64,000 nt of DNA from an uncultured Actinomycetes bacterium. GTDB lineage: Bacteria; Actinomycetota; Thermoleophilia; Gaiellales; JAICJC01. The position numbers were made by a program, and so were the translations under genes. Positions 27,033-36,882 of the stretch are shown one piece after another. The DNA lies in contig CAWGEC010000003.1 in assembly GCA_963821535.1 (NCBI GenBank), positions 273,554-337,553 on the forward strand, given 5' to 3'. Below the pieces are notes generated by a model. It saw only the letters and a list, made by a program, of their open reading frames with translations, did not search any database and was not told the origin of the DNA. Each line of letters starts with the position of its first letter. Position 1 is the stretch's first letter.

Positions 27033-28213
27033 GTGATCAGCCCCGAGGAGGCGCTGGCCCAGATCCTCGAGCGCGTTCCCCGCCTCGAGCGACGAGGAGG
27101 CCGACGTGTCGCCGGCGCTCGTTGGGCGCGTGCTCGCGGCCGACGTCGCCGCCGCCGTCAGCCTGCCGCCGTTCTCGACGTCGGCCATGGACGGCTACGC
27201 GGTGCGGGCGGCCGAGCTCGGCGACGGGCCCGTGCCCATCGCGTTTCGGCTGGCCGCCGGAGACCCGCCGCGGCCGCTTCCGGCGGGTGCTGTCGCGGGC
27301 ATCGCCACGGGCGCACCGATGCCGGCCGGGGCCGACGCGGTGGTGCCGGTCGAGGACGCCGAGGAGGTGGAGGGCGCGCTCCGCGCGGGCCGTCCCGAGC
27401 CCGGCGCCCACATCCGGCCCGCCGGCGGCGACGTGGAGTCGGGCCGGATCATCGCCCGCTCCGGGCGCGTGCTGACGCCGGCGCTGCTCGCGGCGATCGC
27501 CGCCGTCGGCACGCCGCGCGTGCGCGTCTCGCCGGCGGCCGCGCGTCGCGGCGATCGCGACGGGCAGCGAGCTCGTGAGCGCCGGGACGCCGCTCGCGCC
27601 GGGCCAGATCTACGAGTCGAACCTCACGGCGATCGTCGCCCAGTCCGTGCGCGCGGGCGCCGAGGTCGTGGCCGCAGAGATCGTCCCCGACGATCGCGCG
27701 GCGACCGAGGCCGCGTTCGCAGCGGCGCTCTCAGCGGACGTCGTCGTGTCGTCCGGCGGCGTCTCGGTCGGCCCGCACGACCACGTGAAGGGCGCGCTCG
27801 ACGCGCTCGGCGTCCGCGAGGTCTTCTGGCGGGTCGCCCACAAGCCGGGGAAGCCGCTCTGGTTCGGGGTGGCGCCGTCGGGCGCCCTCGTCTTCGGCGT
27901 GCCGGGGAACCCCGTGTCGAGCCTGGTCTGCTTCGAGCTCTTCGTGCGCCCGGCGCTCCGCGCGCTCCAGGGCGCCCCGCAGGAGCCGCGCCAGGTCGCA
28001 CGGCTCGCGCAGCCGGTCGCGCGCCTCGCGACCCGCGACCACGCCGTGCGCTGCCGCCTGCGTCCAGGGCCGGACGGCATGGAGCTCGACCAGGCAGGGG
28101 CGCAGGACTCGCACATGATCGTGCACGCCTCGGGCGCCGACGCGGTCGCGCTGGTCGCAGCCGGCACCGGCGAGGTGCCCGCCGGGACGCTGGTCGAGTA
28201 CGTCCCGATCTGA
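27033..28213 (+). pseudogene. moeA: Molybdopterin molybdenumtransferase MoeA, two frameshifts as assembled
   Basis: VISPEEALAQILERVPRLE (GTG 27033); switch at about 27080; SPALVGRVLAADVAAAVSLPPFSTSAMDGYAV...TGAPMPAGADAVVPVE; switch at about 27530; RPRVAAIATGSELVSAGTPLAPGQIYESN...SSGGVSVGPHDHV...FGVPGNPVSS (ORF 27575..28213). Confidence 0.88.
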
Positions 28214-28222
28214 GCAGGTCGC

Positions 28223-29440
28223 TCAGGCGGCGCCGAGCAGCGTCGAGCGCGGTCAGCGCGTACACCTCGGCGCACCGCTCGAGCGCGTCGACGGCCACGT
28301 GCTCGTCGGGCCCGTGCGACACCTCGAGCCGGCCCGGCCCGTAGCAGTACGCCGGCACCCCGAGGCCCGCATAGAAGCGGATCTCGAGCAGGCCGGGGCA
28401 CATCTCGAACCGCAGGTCGGCGTCCTCGACGGCGGCGACGGCGGACGCGAGCGCCCGGCCCAGGTCGGTCTCGGCCGAGACGCCGGCCGCGGGCTCCTCC
28501 TGGAGGATCTCGACCTCGATGTCGTGGCCCTCGCCGCGCAGGCGCTCGAGCAGGTCGAGCAGCCGGTCGCGCTCCTCGTCGAGGTCCTCCTCGGGGTTGA
28601 TGCGGCGGTCGACGGTGAACGAGCACCGGCCGGGGACGACGTTGAAGTTGGCGCCCGACTCCGCCTGGCCGCCGAGCAGGAGGATCGAGCCTCGTGCGGC
28701 GGCGGGCTCGATGGCGTAGGCGGTGCGGCGCTCGCCGACCTCGGTGCGCCAGGCCGCGCAGGGCCGACGCGACGTCGAGCATGTGGGTGAAGGCGTTCAC
28801 GCCGGAGTGGCTGAGGCCGACGTGGGCGCTCGTGCCATGCACGGTCACGCGCAGCGAGATCGCGCCCCGGCAGGCGTTCCACGCGATGCCGCCGGTCGGC
28901 TCCGGGCTCAGCATCCCGATCCCGTCCTCGCCGAGGAGGCCGGCCCGAGCGAGCGCCGCCGATCCGCCCGCGCCGCCCGTCTCCTCGTCCGGCACGAAGA
29001 CCAGCCCCAGCCGCCCGCCGAGGCGCGGCGCCGCGTCTCGCGCATCGCCTGGGCGGCGAGGATCATCGCCGCGAGGCCGCCCTTCATGTCGGCGCTGCCG
29101 CGACCGAAGAGCATCCCGTCTCGCACCTCCGGGGCGAACTGGCCCGGCGTGCTGCGCGGGCACGACGTCGTAGTGGCCGTGGAACCACAGCGTCGGGCCC
29201 GTGCCGACGAAGCTGCGGACGACCGAGCGCGGCGGGCCGTCGGGCGCACGTCACGTCGACAACCTCGGCCTCGAGGCCGGCGTCCTCGATGAGGTCGACG
29301 AGCGCGGCGACGCACTCGGGATAGGCGCGAGCCGGAGGGTTCTCGGTCGCGATCCCGACCAGGCGGCCGGTCGCGGCGACGAGGTCGGTCCGGCCCGCGG
29401 CGATCCGGGCGCGGACGCCGGCTGCTGTCGCTGCGGTCAC
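28223..29440 (-). pseudogene. M20-family metallopeptidase (ArgE/DapE-like deacylase), about 5 frameshifts as assembled
   Basis: GTG 29440 (GTGA overlap with the sortase stop). Pieces across three frames: TDLVAATGRLVGIATENPP / TLWFHGHYDVVPA / LFGRGSADMKGGLAAMILAAQAM / LGLVFVPDEETGGAGGSAAL...ISLRVTVHGTSAHVGLSHSGVNA / GANFNVVPGRCSFTVDRRINPEE...GPGRLEVSHGPDEHVAVD. Switches at about 29240, 29150, 29045, 28745 and 28240. The 3' end is uncertain. Confidence 0.78.
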
Positions 29441-30195
29441 GCCTGGCTGATGGCGATCGGCTGGCCGCCGCGCGGCGTCTCGGAGACGGCCCGCGCGAAC
29501 ACGACCCAGCGGTGCGAGGCGGAGTAGAGCGGATGGCAGGCCGAGAGGACGAGCCGCTCGTAGCCCTGCGGGCGGATGATGCCCCAGTCGTTGCTCTTCA
29601 CGATCCGGTGGTACTGCACCCGGTAGCGGAACGTCCCGTACGGCGTCTGGAGGCTGATCGGGTCGCCGTCCCGGAGCGAGTCGATGTGCCGGAACCACGC
29701 GCCGAACGTGGTGCGATGCCCTGCGATCGCGACCGTGCGGCCGAGGCCCGGCACGGATGTCTGCGTGTAGTGCCCGGGGCCCTTGCTGAGGTCGCTCAGC
29801 CAGTCTGTCCCCTGCACCACGATCACGCTCAGTCCGAGGCGCGGGATCTGGAGCCGGCCGAACGGGTGGCCGCCCTCGAGCCCGGCCTGGAACCGGTGCG
29901 CGTCGGCCCGGATGTGGGCGATGCCGGCCGTCGGATCCGGCCCGACCGGCGCCGTCGGCCACGCGTGCACCTCGCGGTCGAACGACTGCGAGAGCTGGTG
30001 CTGCTCGTGCTCGGCGTAGAGCGCCGTGATCGGATCGCCCCAGAACCAGACCACCGCCGCGTACGCCACGAGCACGACTCCGAGCCCGATCAGGACCGTG
30101 CCGGTGCGGTGCGCCCAGGTGCGCCTGCGCGTGCGCTCGGCCCGCGGGGTGGCTTCGGCCTGCGTCTCGGCCTGCGCCGGGATCGTCGTGCCCAT
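29437..30195 (-). CDS. Sortase-family transpeptidase (class E-like, N-terminal membrane anchor)
   Basis: 252-aa ORF. TM segment TVLIGLGVVLVAYAAVVWFW. Catalytic-type motifs VAIAGHRTTFGAWF (His), LVLSACHP (Cys, in place of TLxTC) and a downstream Arg (SHRWVVFA). Confidence 0.8.
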   Translation of the reverse strand: MGTTIPAQAETQAEATPRAERTRRRTWAHRTGTVLIGLGVVLVAYAAVVWFWGDPITALYAEHEQHQLSQSFDREVHAWPTAPVGPDPTAGIAHIRADAHRFQAGLEGGHPFGRLQIPRLGLSVIVVQGTDWLSDLSKGPGHYTQTSVPGLGRTVAIAGHRTTFGAWFRHIDSLRDGDPISLQTPYGTFRYRVQYHRIVKSNDWGIIRPQGYERLVLSACHPLYSASHRWVVFARAVSETPRGGQPIAISQA

Positions 30196-30202
30196 ACCTG
30201 AG

Positions 30203-31939
30203 TTATACCGGCCGATGCGGTGGGCCGTACCGTCCGAGCACGAGCGCGCCGATCTGCGCAGCCGCGGCCGCCGCGAGGCACATGCAGGCCGAGACGACCG
30301 GCGAGAGATAGCCGCTCGCGATCATCGCGACCAGCGCCCGCGGCGCCTCGGAGCCGAGACCCTGCGGCCCGGCCAGCTCCCAGAGGAGCGCGACGAGCCC
30401 GACGAAGCCGGCCGCGTAGCAGGCGAGCATCCCGCGGCGCCCGAGCCGTGAGGCGGCCGGGATCCAGAGCCACAGGTGCGCGGCGGGCAGGAGCACGATC
30501 AGCGTGAAGGGGTTGATCGCCGTCAGGAGGACGGAGGCGAAGAGCAGGCCGACGAGCCCGCCGGCCAGGCCGCCGGTGCGCTCTGCGCCCGTCACGCCGG
30601 CGTCGCGTACGAGCCGCGGCCGGCCGCCGAACCGCCAGACGAGCAGCCCGGCGCCCGCCGCGAGCAGGATCCCGGCAGTGGTGGCGCCGGTCTCGCCCGG
30701 AAGCGGCGCCGAGTCGAACTTGGGCATGAGCCCGCCGGGAGCGAGCGCCTCGACCCACAGCGCGACGAGGGTCGTGAACCACGCCGCGAACCGCCATCCG
30801 AGCGCGTGGATCCCCGGCGCGATGGGGATCCGCCGCCGCCGCAGCCGGGCCACGACGTCGAGCACGCAGACGACGAACGGGACGAGCAGCATCGCGATGG
30901 TCACCTCCGCCAGCCAGCCGCGCAGCACCTTCCCGGACAGGAAGAGGGCCGGCTCGCCTCCGGGCTCGATCGTGACGGCGCGAGTTCAGCTCGGCCACGA
31001 TGTTGGCCGTCGCGGCGCCGGCACGGGTGAGCTGCGCGGCATCGAGGTCCGTCAGGCGGAGGTGATCCCCGGCGGCGCCTGCCGTGACCGTCACGGCGGG
31101 GATTTCGCGCGAGATCAGCGGCCCCTGCTCCTGGGTCGTGTACGGGAATTCCGTAGCCGGAGAGCTGGTCGTAGAACCCCGGTGTCCGTGCCGGCACGCC
31201 GTAGAAGGTCTGGAGGCCGTCGCGCACGACCGAGTACACCGTCGGCGACGTGCCGCGGGGCGTGTCGGGCCGCAGCACGATCCGGAGCGCCGTCCCGCTC
31301 GGAGCCGCCACGTTGTCGAGCACGATCGCGGCCACGATGTGCGACCGCAGCGGCCACGTCGAGCCGAAGGCGGCCGCCCCCTGTGCCCCGGTGGTCCCGC
31401 CGTCGGTCGAGACGAGCACGAGCCCGCGGTCGCGCGGCATGTCCGCGAGCGTCCGCGCGAGCTGGACCAGCATGCCGGTGCCGGCCGCATCGCCGCCGGC
31501 TGGATCCGTCGCGATGGGCGATGACGGCGATGATCTGCGGCGAGCGGCCGGGTCGGTAGGCGATGACGTTCGACATCGCGACGGGCGAGGACACGCCCGG
31601 CACGCGGGCTGCGAACGCCACCTGCGACGGGCCCTTGTCGAGCACGCGGAGCTTCCGCGCCACCCAGTCGGCGCCCGCCAGCTCCCCGCCTGACCCGGGC
31701 TCGCAGCACGCCTGGCTCGACGCGTGCTCGGCGGCCACGAACGAGGCGGCGGCGGTGACGGCCGCCTTGCCGTCGAACTCGAGCGGCGGCAGCGGGTGCT
31801 GGGGGATCGCCGGCTGGCGCAAGGTCAGGAGCGCGATCAGAGGCGGCAGGAGCGCGGCGCCGGCCAGCACACGGTACAGCGGCCACGAGACCACGATGGC
31901 ACGCGTCCGCCCGCGCCGGCTGCGAGGTTGAGTCGCCAC
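30203..31939 (-). pseudogene. Membrane protein with an N-terminal M28-peptidase-like domain and a C-terminal polytopic domain, about 3 frameshifts
   Basis: ORF 31115..31939 (signal/TM, ...VAMSNVIAYRPGRSPQIIAVIAHRDG), then ORF 30901..31473 (DAAGTGMLVQLARTLADMPRDRGLVLVSTDGGTTGAQGAAAF...), then ORF 30090..31961 frame (YTTQEQGPLISREIPAVTVTAG...), then ORF 30203..30928 (multi-TM). Switches at about 31500, 31140 and 30980. Confidence 0.65.
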
Positions 31940-31973
31940 GGGAGCGGCGGTTATAGCACACGGAACGGCAGAC

Positions 31974-31979
31974 TAAACT
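31974..31979 (+). promoter_or_regulatory. -10-like box TAAACT, 8 nt upstream of the response-regulator ATG (near-leaderless)
   Basis: TANNNT hexamer read directly. No Shine-Dalgarno sequence between it and ATG 31988. Confidence 0.4.
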
Positions 31980-31987
31980 TCGCGATC

Positions 31988-32689
31988 ATGACCGGCGAGG
32001 CCACCATCATGCTGGTCGACGACGAGGAGTCGATCCAGAAGCTCCTCACCTATCCGCTCGAGCGGGAGGGGTACACGGTCGTCCAGGCGCGCGACGGCGA
32101 GGAGGCGCTGCGCCGGTTCGCCGAGCAGCCGGTCGACCTGGTGGTGCTCGACGTGATGCTGCCCCGCCTCGACGGCCTCGAGGTGTGCCGCCGGCTCCGA
32201 ACGGGCTCGGCCGTCCCGATCATCATGCTGACGGCGCGCGACGACGAGGTCGACAAGGTGCTCGGCCTCGAGCTGGGCGCCGACGACTACATCACGAAGC
32301 CGTTCTCGATCCGCGAGTTCCGAAGCCGCATCCGTGCGGTGCTGCGCCGCGCGGGCCTCAGGGCCGATCGCGCGACGGACGGGGCGATCGAGGTCGGCGC
32401 GATCGCGATCGATCCGGCCAAGCGCACCGTCACCGTCGACGGCGAGCGGGCGCAGCTCACCTACGTCGAGTTCGAGGTGCTGCACACGCTGGCCAGCCAC
32501 CCGGGGCGCGTCTACAGCCGGCAGGCGCTGCTCGAAGCCGTCTGGGGCGACTCGGCCTACCGCGAGCCCCGGACGATCGACGTCCACATCCGGCACCTGC
32601 GCGAGAAGATCGAGGCCGACCCGCGCGAGCCGGCGTACATCTTCACCGTGCGCGGCGTCGGGTACCGGTTCCGCGACACGGTGACGTAG
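31988..32689 (+). CDS. OmpR/PhoB-family response regulator
   Basis: MTGEATIMLVDDEESIQKLL...DLVVLDVMLPRLDGLEVC...IIMLTARDDEVDKVLGLELGADDYITKPFS...winged helix ...LTYVEFEVLHTLASHPGRVYSRQALLEAVWG...RTIDVHIRHLREKIE...IFTVRGVGYRF. Confidence 0.95.
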   Translation: MTGEATIMLVDDEESIQKLLTYPLEREGYTVVQARDGEEALRRFAEQPVDLVVLDVMLPRLDGLEVCRRLRTGSAVPIIMLTARDDEVDKVLGLELGADDYITKPFSIREFRSRIRAVLRRAGLRADRATDGAIEVGAIAIDPAKRTVTVDGERAQLTYVEFEVLHTLASHPGRVYSRQALLEAVWGDSAYREPRTIDVHIRHLREKIEADPREPAYIFTVRGVGYRFRDTVT

Positions 32690-32697
32690 GAAGTCCC

Positions 32698-34075
32698 GTG
32701 CCCTCGCCTCGCTCGCTGCGGTTCCAGCTGATCCTCATGTTCGGCGCCGTCGTCGCGACGGCGATGGGCGTGCTCTTCCTCTACGTCGTCCCCAGCCTCC
32801 GAGACGACCTCGTGACGGACCGGCTCGACCGGCTGGAGCGGGTCGCCCGGCTCCAGACAGGACGCGCCGGGCCTCAAGCGAGCGATGAAGCTCGGGGAAG
32901 CACATGCGGCGCCCGCTCATCCGCACCCAGAAGCTCGCGAACGCCACGGTCACCGGCTACCGGCTGGTGAGCGACGGCAAGGGCATCCCGATCGAGCTCG
33001 CCCCGCCGGTCCTGCCGCTCGACGAGCCGGCTCGCCGAGGCCGCGCTGCGATCGGGCGTCGCCCGGGGACGGACGGCGAACGGCGGCGTGGTCGTCGCGT
33101 TCACCGTGTCGGGCGGGCTGCTCTTCATGTCGCAGGGCCTGAGCGACGTGAACGCCGCCGCGTCACTCGTCGAGCGCCAGATCCTGGCTCGCCGCCCTCG
33201 TCGCGATGGCGGTCGCCGTGGTGGTCGGCTGGGGGGCGGCGCTCGCGATCTCGGTCCGGCTCGAGCGCCTGAAGGAGGCGGCGAGCCGGATCGCCGCGGG
33301 CACCTTCGACCAGCCGATCGGCGACGAGTCGCCGGACGAGGTCGGCCAGGTGGCGCGGTCGTTCGACCTCATGCAGGCCCGGCTCGCGCAGGTCGACCGG
33401 GCGCGGAAGGACTTCATCGCGAACGCGTCGCACGAGCTTCGCACGCCGCTCTTCTCGCTCGGGGGGTTCCTCGAGCTGCTGGCCGAGGAGGACCTCGATC
33501 CGGAGACCCGGGCCGAGTTCGTGCAGTCGACGCGCGAGCAGGTCAGCCGCCTGACGAAGCTCGCGGGCGACCTGCTCGACCTGAGCCGGCTCGACTCCGG
33601 GGCCGTCGGCCTGGCCCGCGAGCCGGTCGACCTGTCGGCCGCCGCCCGCACCCTCGTGCGCGAGTTCCGCGGGCTGGGCGCGAGGCACGGCAGCCGGATC
33701 GTCCTCGCGCGGTCGCCGAGCCCGCCGGCCAGGGGCATGGGCGACGAGGAGCGCGTCCAGCAGATCGGGCGCGCCCTGCTCGACAACGCCGTCCGGCACA
33801 CGCCGCCGGGCACGAACGTGCGGGTGGCGGTGGAGGCCGAGGACGGCATCGTTCGCCTCGCGGTCTCGGACGACGGACCGGGGATCGACCCGCGTGTTCG
33901 CGACCACCTGTTCGAGCGGTTCTCGCGGGGGCCGGAGACGACCGCAGCGGGGAGCGGGCTCGGCCTCGCCATCGCCGACGAGCTGGCCCAGCGGATGGGA
34001 GGGTCGATCGTCGTCGACTCCGCAGACGGCCTCACGCGCTTCGCGCTCGTGCTCCCGGCCGAGCCCGTCGCCTGA
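32698..34075 (+). pseudogene. Sensor histidine kinase (HAMP + HisKA + HATPase_c), 3-4 frameshifts in the sensor/TM part
   Basis: GTG 32698 VPSPRSLRFQLILMFGAVVATAMGVLFLYVV. Switches at about 32850, 32900, 33028 and 33185. Intact C-terminal 290 aa (ORF 33206..34075): HAMP, FIANASHELRTPL (H box), NAVRHTP (N), DDGPGI (G1), GSGLGLAI (G2). Confidence 0.85.
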
Positions 34076-34105
34076 CCCGGTTCGTCTGTGCGCTCGAAGG
34101 TTGGC

Positions 34106-34111
34106 TAACCT
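34106..34111 (+). promoter_or_regulatory. -10-like box TAACCT, 9 nt upstream of the treT ATG
   Basis: TANNNT hexamer within the GGTTGGCTAACC quasi-palindrome, in the 45-bp gap after the kinase gene. Confidence 0.35.
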
Positions 34112-34120
34112 CCGCGGGCG

Positions 34121-35395
34121 ATGCAGCGCGTGAACGTCGGACACAAGGCGCTCGCCGATTACAACTCGTTGATCGGGCGAGCGCTTGCCGAAGAGATCAG
34201 AGCCCTGGCGGAGCCGCTGAAGGGGCGCCGGATGCTGCACCTCTCGGCGACGGCGTTCGGCGGGGGCGTGGCCGAGATCCAGTACACGCTCATCCCGCTC
34301 ATGATCGACGCCGGGATCGACGCCGAGTGGCGGGTCATCCAGGGCCAGGAGGAGTTCTACGACGTCACGAAGACGATCCACAACGCGCTCCAGGGCGACG
34401 AGCGGACGCTGACCGACGGCCAGCGCGCGGTCTTCGACGGCTACAACAAGCTGAACGCCGACGCGCTCACCGACGCCGACGAGTGGGACGTCATCGTGGT
34501 GCACGACCCGCAGCCGGTCGCGATCCCCGAGTTCGTGCAGACGACGCGGCCGCACTGGGTGTGGCGGTGTCACATCGACCTCTCCACGCCGAACCCCGAG
34601 GTGCTCGACTTCCTCGCGCCCCGGCTCGGTGCCTACGACGCCTGCATCTTCCACATGCCGGAGTACGTGCCGCACGGCGCCGGGCTGAACGAGGCCGTCA
34701 TCTGGCCGCCGGCGATCGATCCGCTCGCGCCGAAGAACATGGCGCTCGCGCCCGACGACGCCGCGTACATCGTCGACCAGTTCGGCGTGGACGTCAGCCG
34801 GCCGCTGATGCTCCAGGTCTCGCGCTTCGACCCCTGGAAGGACCCGCTCGGCGTGATCGACGCGTACCGCGAGGTGAAGCGCGTCCATCCCGGGATGCAG
34901 CTCGCGCTCGTCGGCTCGATGGCGCATGACGATCCCGAGGGCTGGGAATATTGGAACCGAACCCAGGACTACTGCAACGAGGATCCCGACATCTTCATGT
35001 TCTCCAACCTGAACAACGTGGGCGCGGTCGAGGTGAACGCCTTCCAGGTGCAGGCGGCCGTCTGCATCCAGAAGTCGATTCGCGAGGGCTTCGGCCTGAC
35101 CGTGTCGGAGGCGCTGTGGAAGAGCCGCCCGACGATCGGCGGGCGCGTCGGAGGGATCGTCGCCCAGATCACCGACGGCGAGACGGGCTATCTCGTCGAC
35201 TCCGCCGAGGAGTGCGCGCGGCGCACGCTCGACATCCTCGCCGACCCCGGCGCGACCCGGGACATGACCCGGCGGGCGAAGGAGCACGTCCGCCGGCGGT
35301 TCCTGATGCCGCGCCTGCTCCGCGACTGGCTCGCGTTGATGCACCGGATGGCCGGCGAGACGGCGGTCGAGCTCGAGGTGGTGGCCGGGGACTGA
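34121..35395 (+). CDS. treT: Trehalose glycosyltransferring synthase TreT-like GT4 glycosyltransferase
   Basis: 424-aa intact ORF. HLSATAFGGGVAEIQYTLIPLM, VIVVHDPQP, WRCHIDLSTPN, QVSRFDPWKDPLGVIDAY, IQKSIREGFGLTVSEALWK. From memory this pattern matches archaeal/Rubrobacter TreT; needs confirmation by search. Confidence 0.75.
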   Translation: MQRVNVGHKALADYNSLIGRALAEEIRALAEPLKGRRMLHLSATAFGGGVAEIQYTLIPLMIDAGIDAEWRVIQGQEEFYDVTKTIHNALQGDERTLTDGQRAVFDGYNKLNADALTDADEWDVIVVHDPQPVAIPEFVQTTRPHWVWRCHIDLSTPNPEVLDFLAPRLGAYDACIFHMPEYVPHGAGLNEAVIWPPAIDPLAPKNMALAPDDAAYIVDQFGVDVSRPLMLQVSRFDPWKDPLGVIDAYREVKRVHPGMQLALVGSMAHDDPEGWEYWNRTQDYCNEDPDIFMFSNLNNVGAVEVNAFQVQAAVCIQKSIREGFGLTVSEALWKSRPTIGGRVGGIVAQITDGETGYLVDSAEECARRTLDILADPGATRDMTRRAKEHVRRRFLMPRLLRDWLALMHRMAGETAVELEVVAGD

Positions 35396-35405
35396 GGCGC
35401 GCCTC

Positions 35406-36882
35406 GTGACCCCGACAATGGACGACCAGCAGCTCTTGATCGTGTCGAATCGCGGGCCCCTGCGGTTCGCGATCTCGTCCGACGGCGAGGTCACGGCCCG
35501 CCGCGGCGGGGGAGGCCTCGTGACCGCGCTCTCGGCGCTCACGGCGACCCGGCCGCTCACCTGGGTCGCGAGCGCGCTCTCCGACGACGACGCGGCGGTC
35601 GCCGAGCAGGGCGTCTACCGGGACGGGAACCTCACGCTGCGGCTCGTTCAGCACGATCGCGAGGAGTACGACCGCTACTACAACGTCTTCGCCAACCCCA
35701 CGCTGTGGTTCGTCCACCACTACCTCTGGAGCCTCGCGCTCGAGCCGTCGGTCGATCGCAACGTGCGGCTGGCGTGGGAGGCGGGGTACGTCCCGGTCAA
35801 CGAGCGCTTCGCCGCGGCGGCGGCCGAGGAGCTGGCAGGGGCGGGGCCAAAGCCGCTCGTGATGGTGCACGACTACCAGCTCTTCATGGTGCCGGGCTTC
35901 CTGCGGGCCCGGGTGCCCGACGCGATCATCCACCATTTCACCCATATCCCCTGGCCCCAGCCGGACTACTGGCGCGTGCTTCCCACCGAGATCCGCACCG
36001 CGATCCACGAGTCGATGCTGGCCTGCGACCTCGTCGGGCTCCACACGCCGCGCTACGTGCGGTCGTTCCTTCAGTGCTGCGAGCGGTTCGTCCCCAACGC
36101 CCAGGTCGACGTGCGCGGCGGCGAGGCCGAGATCGACGGCCGCCGCGTGCGCGTGCGGGCCTACCCGATCTCGGTCAACCCGGCGGAGTTCGAGCGGCTG
36201 GCGGCGGAGCCGGAGGTCATCGAGGCGGAGCCAAAGGTGCTCGAGGCGCGGCCCGAGAAGCTCATCCTTCGCGTCGACCGCACCGACCCGTCGAAGAACG
36301 TCGTCAGGGGCTTCTCGGCGTTCGACCTCTTCCTCGCCGATCACCCGGAGTGGGTCGGGCGGGTGACGATGCTCGCGCTGCTCGACCCGTCGCGGCCGGA
36401 CATCCCCGAGTACGCCGAGTACGTGGGCGCGATCCAGCGCGCCGCCCGGGCGGTCAACGACCGCTACTACACGGGCGACTGGATGCCGATCGACCTGCGG
36501 ATCTCCGACAACTTCCCGGAGGCGGTGGCGGCGTACAAGCACTACGACGTGCTGCTGGTGAACGCGCTCTTCGACGGGATGAACCTGATCGCCAAGGAGG
36601 CGCCGCTCATCAACGAGCGCGACGGCGTTCTCATCCTGAGCGAGAACACCGGCGCCCACGTCGAGCTCGGGCGCTTCGCCCTCACCGTGAATCCCGTTCG
36701 ACATCCAGGCGACGGCCGACGCCATCTACGACGCGCTCGTCATGCCCCAGGACGAGCGGCACGAGCGGATCGAGGGCATCCGCCGGCAGGTGCGCGAGCA
36801 CGACATCGACCGCTGGATCCAGGATCAGCTCGACGACCTCGCCGACATCTCCGGCGGTGTGGCGACCAGGGCGCTCGGGTGA
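35406..36882 (+). pseudogene. otsA: Alpha,alpha-trehalose-phosphate synthase OtsA (GT20), one frameshift near the 3' end
   Basis: LLIVSNRGP...GGGLVTAL...YNVFANPTLWFVHHY...VHDYQLFMVP...RVDRTDPSKNV...NALFDGMNLIAKE. At the CCC run near 36693-36697 the frame slips. The corrected frame reads NPFDIQATADAIYDAL...RWIQDQLDDL...* with stop 36880-36882. The 750-aa ORF 35406..37658 is a read-through artefact. Confidence 0.88.

Noticed and set aside
24873-27578. 901-aa apparent PBP1A-MoeA fusion. Similar cases are 20881..22749 (PLP enzyme + HAD) and 54651..57485 (944 aa).
   Set aside because: In each case the conserved sequence of one partner sits in a different frame, or the N-terminal part is Arg-rich shadow. 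Separate genes with GTGA/ATGA junctions explain the data.
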